From the NCBI GenBank assembly GCA_903883645.1, contig CAISBR010000152.1, forward strand, positions 34,072 to 98,071: a DNA stretch of 64,000 nt, written 5' to 3'. Each line of letters opens with the position of its first letter. The first letter of the stretch is position 1. This DNA comes from an uncultured Myxococcales bacterium (lineage in GTDB: Bacteria > Myxococcota_A > UBA9042). Below the pieces are notes generated by a model that saw only the letters and a program-made list of their open reading frames with translations, searched no databases and was not told the DNA's origin. A program made the position numbers and the translations under genes. This document shows positions 9,401 to 17,049 of the stretch, one piece after another.

Positions 9401-9424
9401 CACGCCGCCCAAGGGGGGTGCTAG
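6413..9424 (+). CDS. murE-murF: Fused MurE-MurF Mur ligases: UDP-MurNAc-L-Ala-D-Glu:mDAP ligase plus UDP-MurNAc-tripeptide:D-Ala-D-Ala ligase
   Basis: There are two complete Mur-ligase units in one frame, with P-loops GITGTNGKTTT and AITGSNGKTTT. The DNPR motif (TSDNPRSE) is typical of mDAP-adding MurE. The second unit begins about 7975 (TDSRAVAAGNLFVALPG). ATG 6413 lies directly after the ftsI stop, and the track ORF start at 6110 overlaps the ftsI tail. Confidence 0.88.
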   Translation: MIMDLRALIAASELLPELAARADLSVLVAAVTADSRRVQAGSLFVAVSGTRHRGIDFVPAALQAGAIAVVVDSAPTAEQRKSWNVPILLVRDARAAVGPLCSALYGHPSRDIQVIGITGTNGKTTTTVLIAQLLTAARHKAAALGTIGLWTPSGERPSKLTTPDAEDLQKILADLRDEGFTHLAIEVSSHALDQYRVAGVQFAAAAWTNLSRDHLDYHGTEDHYAAAKAKLFSDYRIPSERAFVNGDDARASQPHHRGQAQAWSMGANPAALHQIQALRCDAKGLQFTLHSPGQRDLPVWAPLIGRHNAENLTAALLVVRALGMGDAAIQEATRTLTAPRGRLQPVQNDRGALVVVDYAHTPDALVQVLRALRPLVAPGHRLLVAFGCGGDRDAGKRPQMGQVAAELADFTIATSDNPRSEIPEAIVQAIVAGLQAAGAVAVAEPHLGALANLLDHRGYWSCVDRAEAIRRAVALTRRGDVLCIAGKGHETSQTIGDQLRHFDDVQEAARWLQPTGQVPFDAPQGFAFDSETAVIVAGGTLICGSERWTNQLCTDSRAVAAGNLFVALPGDTFDGGLYVGDALGKGAIGIVCARGRGLPHAALAVGHGAWLLEVDDPLRALADLAAAHRNRFAMPVVAITGSNGKTTTKELTSLALSPMAGAAQAVLATHGNHNNRIGLPLTLARLTAEHAVAVVEMGMSIPGEIAELARAGRPQLAIITSVAEAHLLGMGTVDAIANEKFDAVRALLPNGVAILPADEPLLQSLLGELSCKIIRFGRHHGDVKLASAVEVGGLESDAPWQQFTVQVGEQAVEIRLPGLGVHLAELTLAALAAAWQLGVDLPSAAKALQAYRPVGQRMLPERIGNWLVLQDCYNANPRSTETAIDTLTCLPSPRAAVLGSMLELGPDEFALHARVGRHAARRGVDLLIAVGPMATAYQHGAEGSGTTRILTCENHAEAAILLARHQPGGTVLVKGSRGARMENVVSAMRQNLGQNAHAAQGGC

Positions 9425-10534
9425 ATGTTCCTTTGGCTATCGAATACCTTCCGGAGCGAATTCGGCGCGCTCAACGTGTTCCGCTACGTCACCTTCCGCA
9501 GCATCGGCGCGGCGGTGACGGCGCTGGTGATCGCGCTGGTGCTGTACCCCCGCTTCATTAAGCTCTTGCAAGTCAAGCAGATTGGCCAGGTAGTCCGCGA
9601 CGACGGCCCTGAGGCCCACCTGAGCAAGCGCGGCACCCCCACGATGGGCGGCGTGTTGCTGCTGTTGGCGATGCTGCTCGCCGTGGCGCTATGGTCCGAT
9701 CTGAGCAATATTTTCGTGTGGTTAACTTGCGTCGTTACGGCGCTCTATGGCGTCGTGGGCTTTGTCGACGACTGGCTGAAAATCCGCGACAAAAGCAGCA
9801 AGGGCGTGACCGAGCGCCAGAAGTTGGTAACCCAGTTCGGCGGCGCGATGCTGGTATTCGGCGCGATGTACTTCGGCCTGTTCGGCAAAGAGCTGGCCGA
9901 CACGCACCTGTACCTGCCATTTGCCAGTACCCACCACTTTGCCATTGATATTGGGCCATTCTTCTACGTGCCGTTTGCCGCGATCGTGGTTTTTGCCACC
10001 TCGACCACGGTCAACTTCACCGACGGCCAAGACGGTCTGGTCAGCGTGCCCGCCGCCGTGTCGGCCACCACCTTCGGCCTGCTGTGCTACCTGACCGGCG
10101 CCAAGTTCGGCAACTTCGAGGTCGCTAAATACCTTTTGATTCCCGAGATCAAGGGTGTGCAAGAGCTCACCGTGGTTTGCTCGGCCCTGGTCGGCGCCAC
10201 GCTCGCCTTCCTCTGGTACAACGCCTTCCCTGCCCTCGTTTTCATGGGTGATGTCGGCGCCTTGGCCCTGGGTGGCGCGCTCGGCATGGTCGCGGTGCTT
10301 TCTAAGAATGAGCTGCTAAGTCTAGTGGTCAACGGTGTTTTCGTCGCCGAGGGCGCGTCGGTGGTGCTGCAACGCTACTACTACCGCCGCACCAAGAAGC
10401 GCCTGTTTCGCATGGCGCCGCTGCACCACCACTTTCAAAAAGCCAATATGCCAGAAAGCCGAATCACGGTGCGGTTTTGGCTGGTCTCGGTCATGTTGTC
10501 GCTGGTCGCGCTGGCCAGCCTAAAGTTGAGGTGA
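9425..10534 (+). CDS. mraY: Phospho-N-acetylmuramoyl-pentapeptide transferase MraY
   Basis: Polytopic membrane protein with the MraY blocks KxGTPTMGG, NxxNxTDGxDGL and MGDxGxLxLG, and a C-terminal HHHF motif. Confidence 0.95.
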   Translation: MFLWLSNTFRSEFGALNVFRYVTFRSIGAAVTALVIALVLYPRFIKLLQVKQIGQVVRDDGPEAHLSKRGTPTMGGVLLLLAMLLAVALWSDLSNIFVWLTCVVTALYGVVGFVDDWLKIRDKSSKGVTERQKLVTQFGGAMLVFGAMYFGLFGKELADTHLYLPFASTHHFAIDIGPFFYVPFAAIVVFATSTTVNFTDGQDGLVSVPAAVSATTFGLLCYLTGAKFGNFEVAKYLLIPEIKGVQELTVVCSALVGATLAFLWYNAFPALVFMGDVGALALGGALGMVAVLSKNELLSLVVNGVFVAEGASVVLQRYYYRRTKKRLFRMAPLHHHFQKANMPESRITVRFWLVSVMLSLVALASLKLR

Positions 10535-10537
10535 GAC

Positions 10538-11878
10538 GTGTCGGACGCTAGCACCCTCGACCACCTGCAACCGGTTCTCGACACAGCGGATCTCGCCGAG
10601 GTCGACGCCGAGTTTAGCCCCACCTTGGTTACCCACGGCCTCAACGCGCCGCGCTCCGAAAAGGCGCTGGTGCCCGTGCCGGTGGGCATGGACTGGCCGC
10701 TGTTCTCCGTGCTGTTGGCGCTGCTGACCACGGGTATCGTAATGGCCTATTCTGCGAGTATTTACGCGGCATTGCATATCGGACGCGGCGACGACCAGCT
10801 GTTCTTGAACAAGCACTTGGTGCACGCCGGCATTGCTGTCGTCATGGTGTTGGTCGGCGCGCATATCCCCTACCAGGCGTGGCGCAAGGTCGCGTATCTT
10901 GGGCTATTTACCTCGGTAGCCTTGCTCGTCGCCACCCTGGCCTTTGGCGTGGTGGTCAACAAGGCGCGGCGCTGGCTGCCCCTGCCCGGCTTCATGTTCC
11001 AGCCGTCCGAACTCGCCAAGCTGTGTTTCACCATTTATCTCGCCCACTCGCTGACCAAGAAGATTTCGAGCGAACGCGTCCACAAGTTCTCCGTCGGCTT
11101 CTTACCGCACGCGCTGGCCTGGCTGGTCGTCTTCGGTTTGTGCATGAAACAGCCAGACTTAGGCACCGGCATCGTGCTCGCCGTGCTGCTGTTCACCATG
11201 ACCTACATCGCCGGCACCAACATGGCCTACGTCATGTTTGCGTTCGGCGTTGGCGTGCTGGCGCTCGCGTCGTTCATCTACAAAAACCCAATGCGTGGCA
11301 AGCGAGTCCTGGCCTTCCTCGACCCGTTCAAGTACTTCGACACCACCGGCTTTCAGTTGGGCAACAGCAAGATCGCGGTCGCCACCGGCGGCATTTTCGG
11401 CAATGGTTTGGGGCTGTCGCGGCAGAAGCTCGGCTTCGTGCCCGAGTGCCACACCGACTTCATCTTGTCGATCATCGCCGAAGAACTCGGCCTCCTAGGC
11501 GTAGCGCTCGTCGGTTTAGCCTTTATTTTCGTAATCTTGCGCGGCCTGCGCATCGCCCTGCGCGCCCGCGACGAGTTTGGCCGCCTGCTCGCCGCCGGCA
11601 TTACGGTGCTACTGGGCACCCAGGCCGCCGTCAATTTTGGCGTCGTAATGGGCACTTTACCCACCAAGGGCCTGACGCTGCCCTTCGTAAGCCACGGCGG
11701 GTCGTCGATGATCGTGCTCGGCCTCGCCGCTGGCGTGCTGCTCAACGTGGGCCGCGGCGGCAACCCCGACTTCGCTTGGCCCGAGGTGCCCGCGTTCATG
11801 CGCCGCCAGCCGAAAGGCGACATGCCGCGCAACCAGCGCTCCAGCAAGAATAAAGTCGTGCGCGGGGGTGAGCAATGA
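10538..11878 (+). CDS. ftsW: SEDS-family peptidoglycan polymerase/lipid II protein FtsW
   Basis: Polytopic membrane protein with FQPSELAKL, PDLGT and LPTKGLTLPFVSHGGSS (SEDS signatures). GTG start, with a ~60-aa N-terminal extension. Confidence 0.9.
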   Translation: MSDASTLDHLQPVLDTADLAEVDAEFSPTLVTHGLNAPRSEKALVPVPVGMDWPLFSVLLALLTTGIVMAYSASIYAALHIGRGDDQLFLNKHLVHAGIAVVMVLVGAHIPYQAWRKVAYLGLFTSVALLVATLAFGVVVNKARRWLPLPGFMFQPSELAKLCFTIYLAHSLTKKISSERVHKFSVGFLPHALAWLVVFGLCMKQPDLGTGIVLAVLLFTMTYIAGTNMAYVMFAFGVGVLALASFIYKNPMRGKRVLAFLDPFKYFDTTGFQLGNSKIAVATGGIFGNGLGLSRQKLGFVPECHTDFILSIIAEELGLLGVALVGLAFIFVILRGLRIALRARDEFGRLLAAGITVLLGTQAAVNFGVVMGTLPTKGLTLPFVSHGGSSMIVLGLAAGVLLNVGRGGNPDFAWPEVPAFMRRQPKGDMPRNQRSSKNKVVRGGEQ

Positions 11879-12990
11879 GCGACTCCGCACCGATGGTTGT
11901 ACTCGCAGGCGGCGGCACTGGCGGCCATGTCGTGCCGGCGCTGGCCATGGCCGATGCCTTCAAAGCTGCCGGCTCGCGCGTAGTTTTTGTGGGCACGGCC
12001 CAGGGGTACGAAAGCCACATGGTGCCAAAGCGCGGCTACACGCTGCATACCGTGCAGGGCTCGCGGCTAGTCGGCGGTGGGCTCGCGGGCAAGCTGCGCG
12101 GGCTGCGGGCGCTGTGGCGCGGTATCGGCGAGGCGCGCGCGCTGTTCCGGCAACTGCAGCCCAAACTTGTTGTGGGTGTGGGCGGTTATGCCTCGGGTGC
12201 CGCGCTGCTGGCCGCCCGCAGCATGGGCATCGCCTGCGCTGTGCACGAGAGCAACGCAGTACCCGGCCTGACAAACAAGGTGCTGGGGCTGATCGTCAAC
12301 CGCGTATATCTGGGCTTTGCCGCGGCCCGCAGCGCGTTTGGCGAGAGCAAGAGCCTAGTTTCTGGCAATCCCGTTCGCGCCGAGATTGCGGCTGTGGGCG
12401 GCCTGCGGTCCTTTCGCGGCGACCGGCCTGCGCATGTGTTGGTAATCGGCGGCTCGCAGGGCTCCGAGTTCCTAAACCAGCACGTGCCCAAGATGCTGAG
12501 CAAGGTTCAGCAGGGCGGGCTGCAGATCGAAATCCGGCATCAGGTAGGTAAGTTGCCGGCGGAGCCGGTGCAGGCTGCCTATGCCGAGTTCGGGCTACAG
12601 GCGACCACGGCGGCGTTCATCGACGACATGGCCGACGCCTACGCGTGGGCTGATTTTGCGGTGACGCGTTCGGGTTCGGGCACGGTGGCCGAGCTTGCGG
12701 CGGCGGCTCTGCCGGCGGTGCTTGTGCCGTTTCCGTTCGCCGCGGGCGATCACCAAGCCGCCAATGCCCAGGCCTACTGCCAACCGGGCAGCGGCGCTTG
12801 GGTGCGGCAGTCCGCGTGGCGTTCTGACGATGTGGCCTCGACCGTAACTGCACTTTTTAGCAGCGAACGCTCGTGGAATCAATGCGTTGCCTCGGCGCGC
12901 TCGGTAGCGCTTCCAGACGCCGCGGGCAGCGTGGTGCGGGATTGTGGCAAGTGGGTCGGCGTGCCGGCCTGGCGCGAGGTGAAGGCATGA
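11875..12990 (+). CDS. murG: UDP-GlcNAc:lipid I N-acetylglucosaminyltransferase MurG
   Basis: LAGGGTGGHVVPALA N-terminal G-loop, GGSQGS, and the GT28 C-terminal domain (RSGSGTVAELAAAALPAVLVPFP...DHQ..NA). The start overlaps the ftsW stop (ATGA). Confidence 0.92.
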   Translation: MSDSAPMVVLAGGGTGGHVVPALAMADAFKAAGSRVVFVGTAQGYESHMVPKRGYTLHTVQGSRLVGGGLAGKLRGLRALWRGIGEARALFRQLQPKLVVGVGGYASGAALLAARSMGIACAVHESNAVPGLTNKVLGLIVNRVYLGFAAARSAFGESKSLVSGNPVRAEIAAVGGLRSFRGDRPAHVLVIGGSQGSEFLNQHVPKMLSKVQQGGLQIEIRHQVGKLPAEPVQAAYAEFGLQATTAAFIDDMADAYAWADFAVTRSGSGTVAELAAAALPAVLVPFPFAAGDHQAANAQAYCQPGSGAWVRQSAWRSDDVASTVTALFSSERSWNQCVASARSVALPDAAGSVVRDCGKWVGVPAWREVKA

Positions 12991-14078
12991 TCGGCTCACG
13001 CAAGAAGCAACCGGTCAACCAGCGTCGCGCGGCCCAAGTGCCGTTGCGCGAGCGTTTGGGCAGCCTCCGCGAGCGTTCGCGCGCGTGGTGGCAGGGTCTT
13101 GGCAGCGAACGCCCGCCCGAGCCCGACAGCGACGAAGTCGAGGTCGAAGCCGAAAGTGACGACAACGGCGACGGCGGCTGGTGGTCGTGGGTCATTTGGG
13201 GCACGGCGGCGCTTTGCCTGGGCATCGTGGGCTTGGGCATGCTCAACCTGCGCGACTTCCAGACCCGCATCGAGACGGGTGTGGCCAGCAAGTTCGAGGT
13301 GGCGGGTTCCAAGCGCGTGTCGCAGCAGCAAGTTTTGGGCGCATCCGGGGTTCGCTGGGGCACGCCGCTCACCGCCATCGATCGCGACACGGTCAGTCGC
13401 GCTATCGAAAAGCTGCCGTGGGTGCGTCAAGCCGAAGTCGAGGCGGAACTGCCCAACAAAGTCAGCTTCCACGTTACAGAATATGTGCCCTACGCGCTGC
13501 TGCTGGGCCACGACAAGATGATGATCGTCGACAAAGACGGCTTCGTGTTTAAAGAGGCCGAGCTGGGCGAGGCTGGCGATCTTCCTGTGATTACCGGATT
13601 TTCGCCGACCGTCACCCGCGACGCCCACGCTCGCCTGCCCACCACCGAGCCGACCACCGACCAAGTGGCCGAGCGGCGGCGCCTGCGCACGGTTCTGCGC
13701 CTAATCGAAGCGCACGGGCAGAGCCAGCTTGTCGAGCGGTTCCCCCTGTCTGAAGTGCATTGGGATCCAGTGCTTGGCATCACCTTGGTGTCGGCCCGCG
13801 ACGGCGCTGAGCTGCGCTTGGGCCTCGCCCTGGGCAGCGATCCGAATCGCGCGCTTGCCGTGGCGGCGCGGGTGTTGGCGCAGGCCGATCACTCGGGCGA
13901 GTGGCTGCGTTATGCGCTGCTCGACGACGAATTGCGGCCCGACCGCGTGGTGGTGCGCACGCAAGCGCCCGGCACGATGGCCGGTGGTGCGGGTGCGGCG
14001 GCGCTACCCAAATCGCCCACGGCCGACAAGAAAGACGCCGATCAACCCGCCGCAGATGGCGATACGCAACCCGATTAG
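12987..14078 (+). CDS. ftsQ: Cell division protein FtsQ (POTRA domain)
   Basis: TM segment (WWSWVIWGTAALCLGIVGLGML) followed by a POTRA-like segment (FEVAGSKRVSQQQVL...LPWVRQAEVEAELPNKVSFHVTEY). ATG 12987 overlaps the murG stop. It carries an acidic N-terminal region and a C-terminal extension. Confidence 0.8.
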   Translation: MIGSRKKQPVNQRRAAQVPLRERLGSLRERSRAWWQGLGSERPPEPDSDEVEVEAESDDNGDGGWWSWVIWGTAALCLGIVGLGMLNLRDFQTRIETGVASKFEVAGSKRVSQQQVLGASGVRWGTPLTAIDRDTVSRAIEKLPWVRQAEVEAELPNKVSFHVTEYVPYALLLGHDKMMIVDKDGFVFKEAELGEAGDLPVITGFSPTVTRDAHARLPTTEPTTDQVAERRRLRTVLRLIEAHGQSQLVERFPLSEVHWDPVLGITLVSARDGAELRLGLALGSDPNRALAVAARVLAQADHSGEWLRYALLDDELRPDRVVVRTQAPGTMAGGAGAAALPKSPTADKKDADQPAADGDTQPD

Positions 14079-14162
14079 TCGCCTCGGCGACCGTACACAG
14101 CACCGCAGGCACGCACCGCACCAGCACGCGCAGCACCAGCAAGATCACAAGGAGAGGAATCC

Positions 14163-15410
14163 ATGCCACGCAACGACAAAATCATCGCCGGACTCGACGT
14201 CGGTACCCACAAAGTCGTGGCCGTCGTCGGCGAGGTCAAGGGCGACGGCTCGCTCGACATCATCGGCGTCGGCACCGCGGCCTCAAATGGCATCAAGAAG
14301 GGCGTGGTCGTCAACGTGACCGAGACCATGGAAGCCATCCAACGCGCCATCCACGAAGCGGAAACCATGGCGGGGTGCACGGTTGTGGCGGTCTACGTCA
14401 CCGTGTCGGGCGCGCACTTGCGCTCGTTCAATAACCGGGGCGTCGTCGCGGTGCAGAACCGCGAAGTCACCGAGGCCGATGTCGACCGCGTGCTCGACAA
14501 CGCCAAAGCGGTGCAGATTCCGGCCGATCGCCAAATTATCCACACCGTGCCGCAAGAATTCGTGGTCGACGACAACGACGGCATCGTGCACCCCATCGGC
14601 ATCAGCGGTCAGCGGCTGCAGGTCAATGTGCACATCCTTACGGCGCTGAACGCGAGCGTGCAGAACGTGGTGCAATGCGCCGAGCGGGCCGGCCTGCATG
14701 TGCTCAAGACGTCTGCGGAACCGCTGGCCTCGGCGCGCGCCGTGCTCGAAGACGACGACAAGGAACTGGGTGTGGTCCTCGCCGATATTGGTGCGGGCAC
14801 GACCGATATCGCGATTTATCACAACGGCTTTATCGTCCACTCTGCGGTGCTGCCCGTGGGCGGCGATCACATAACCAACGACATTGCGGTGGGTTTGCGC
14901 ACCCCCAAAGCCGAGGCCGAGCGCATCAAGCTCCTGCACGGCTGCGCCCAATCCACCATGGTCGGCGACGACGAGACGATCGAAGTGGCCTGCGTCGGCG
15001 CCCGCGAAGGCGTGGTCCGCAAGCGCCAGCTGCTGTGCGACATCATCGAACCCCGCATGGAAGAAGTGTTTCGCCTGATCGAGCGCGAGATTCAGGCCAG
15101 CAATTTCCAAGACGTGATCGGCTCGGGCCTGGTGCTGACCGGCGGCAGTTCGCTGATGCCCGGCGTGGCCGAGCTGGGCGAAGAGCTGCTGGGCATGCCG
15201 GTGCGCATCGGTTACCCCAAGAAAGTCGGCGGTTTGCGCGAGATGGTGCACTCACCCGTGTTCTCCGCCGCCCTCGGCCTGGTTATGCAAGGCGCTGCCG
15301 AAGAAGCCGAATTGGCCCGCAAGGCCGACGGCAAGCTGCTGCGGCGCGGCCAAGGCAACAAGAACGGCTGGTTCGACCGCCTGGTCGGCTGGGTGCGCGA
15401 CGTCGTCTAA
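14163..15410 (+). CDS. ftsA: Cell division protein FtsA
   Basis: Actin-fold motifs (GLDVGTHKV, DIGAGTTDIA, LTGGSSLMPG) and a C-terminal amphipathic membrane-targeting helix (GWFDRLVGWVRDVV). GGAGAGG SD upstream. Confidence 0.95.
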   Translation: MPRNDKIIAGLDVGTHKVVAVVGEVKGDGSLDIIGVGTAASNGIKKGVVVNVTETMEAIQRAIHEAETMAGCTVVAVYVTVSGAHLRSFNNRGVVAVQNREVTEADVDRVLDNAKAVQIPADRQIIHTVPQEFVVDDNDGIVHPIGISGQRLQVNVHILTALNASVQNVVQCAERAGLHVLKTSAEPLASARAVLEDDDKELGVVLADIGAGTTDIAIYHNGFIVHSAVLPVGGDHITNDIAVGLRTPKAEAERIKLLHGCAQSTMVGDDETIEVACVGAREGVVRKRQLLCDIIEPRMEEVFRLIEREIQASNFQDVIGSGLVLTGGSSLMPGVAELGEELLGMPVRIGYPKKVGGLREMVHSPVFSAALGLVMQGAAEEAELARKADGKLLRRGQGNKNGWFDRLVGWVRDVV

Positions 15411-15488
15411 ATCTCGGAATCAACTAGAAGCTACCGGACTTTACCCTTCCCTCTGACTCTCAGCCTGTACCCTTCGTAGGAGCTCCCC

Positions 15489-16901
15489 ATGTTCGAATCG
15501 ATCAGCTTTGACCGGCCGCAGACCGCCGGTGCCCGTATCAAGGTGGTCGGCGTCGGTGGTTGCGGCGGCAATGCCGTCAACAACCTCATCGGCTCGGATC
15601 TGCCGCACATTCAGTTCTTGGCCGCCAATACCGACCAGCAAGCGCTCGATGCCAGTCTGGCGGGCGTAAAGCTGCAGATCGGCGCGGGCCTGACGAACGG
15701 CCTCGGTGCCGGTGGCGATCCCGAGGTGGGCCACCGCGCCGCGCTCGAAGACATCGAAGCCCTGCGCCAGCATTTTACCGATACCGACATGGTGTTTATC
15801 ACCGCAGGCATGGGTGGCGGCACGGGCACGGGCGCGGCTCCTGTCATTGCCCAGACCGCCCGCGACGCTGGTGCTTTGACCGTCGCCGTCGTCACCAAGC
15901 CGTTCTCGTTCGAGGGTCGCCAGCGCATCCGCCAAGCCGAAGAGGGCCTGCGCGAGCTCGCCCAGTCCGTCGACACGCTCATCGTCATCCCCAACGACCG
16001 CATCTTCCAGATCGCCAATCCGCGCATGCCCATCAAAGAGGCCTTCCGCTTGGTCGATTCGGTGGTCGTCGAGGCGGTGCGCGGCATCAGCGACATGATC
16101 GCCATCCCCGGCCTCATCAATGTCGACTTCGCCGACGTCAAAGCGATCATGAAGGGCAAGGGCATGGCGCTGATGGGCACCGGCCGCGGCGCCGGCGAAG
16201 AGCGCGCGGTTATCGCCGCCAAGCAGGCGATCTCGAGCCCGCTCCTCGAAGACGCTCGCATCGAGGGCGCCACCGGACTTTTGGTCACAATCTCGGGCAG
16301 CTCCGACATGTCGATCACCGACTTGAACGACGCCATGATGCTGATCCAAGACGCCACCGGTGCCGACACCAACACCATCTTCGGTACCACCGTCGACGAA
16401 AGCCTGGGCGACGAGATCAAGGTCACGGTGGTCGCCACCGGCTTCGACCGCGCCGCAGTCGTTCGCGCCCAAGAGAGCCAGCACACCCGCTCGTACGGTT
16501 CGCAGCGCGCCACCGCCGAGCGGCCAAATCTGCAGGTGGTGCCGCCGCCGCCGCCCGTGCAGCGCTCGCACGCCGACGAGTCGCCCGTGTACGCCGTGGC
16601 CGTGGCTGCCCACGAGCGCGCCGCCATGGCCCAGCACGCCCAGAGCGCAGCGTCGGTGGCCGTACACACCGCGACCACCCGCACGCTGCAGATGCCGAAC
16701 CAGCCGCAGCAGTCCGACCCGCCGCCGCTGCCGCGCCACGAGCACGAGCTCGACGAACCGGCGTTTATGCGCAAGAATACACCTGGTTACGGCCTGCCCG
16801 CCGTCGGTTCGCTGCTGGGTACCAAGCGCGAGCCGGTGGTGCACAATCCCTTTACCAACAACATCGACGAGGTCGACCGCCCGGCCTTTCGGCGCAAGTA
16901 A
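15489..16901 (+). CDS. ftsZ: Tubulin-like GTPase FtsZ with a long Pro-rich linker and two C-terminal peptide motifs
   Basis: GVGGCGGNAVN, GGGTGTGAAPV (T4 loop) and NVDFADV. The C-terminus carries LDEPAFMRK and, at the extreme end, VDRPAFRRK. Confidence 0.97.
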   Translation: MFESISFDRPQTAGARIKVVGVGGCGGNAVNNLIGSDLPHIQFLAANTDQQALDASLAGVKLQIGAGLTNGLGAGGDPEVGHRAALEDIEALRQHFTDTDMVFITAGMGGGTGTGAAPVIAQTARDAGALTVAVVTKPFSFEGRQRIRQAEEGLRELAQSVDTLIVIPNDRIFQIANPRMPIKEAFRLVDSVVVEAVRGISDMIAIPGLINVDFADVKAIMKGKGMALMGTGRGAGEERAVIAAKQAISSPLLEDARIEGATGLLVTISGSSDMSITDLNDAMMLIQDATGADTNTIFGTTVDESLGDEIKVTVVATGFDRAAVVRAQESQHTRSYGSQRATAERPNLQVVPPPPPVQRSHADESPVYAVAVAAHERAAMAQHAQSAASVAVHTATTRTLQMPNQPQQSDPPPLPRHEHELDEPAFMRKNTPGYGLPAVGSLLGTKREPVVHNPFTNNIDEVDRPAFRRK

Positions 16902-17049
16902 GGCCCACAAGCGACTAGTACACCAAGTCCCAAGTCCTTTCAGGGTTGCGCGACCTGTGCTCGGTGTACAAGGCGGCGCTAGCCGCACGCAGGGGTCGCA
17001 GAGGGCGGAGCGCCCCCTTGCGTAGCCAAAGGAGCTATCTCTCTGTGTT

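Noticed and set aside
15441-16988. 515-aa antisense ORF and 452-aa alternate-frame ORF (15560-16918) over ftsZ
   Set aside because: FtsZ signatures are unambiguous in the 15489-16901 frame. The other two are Arg/Gly/His-rich artefacts.
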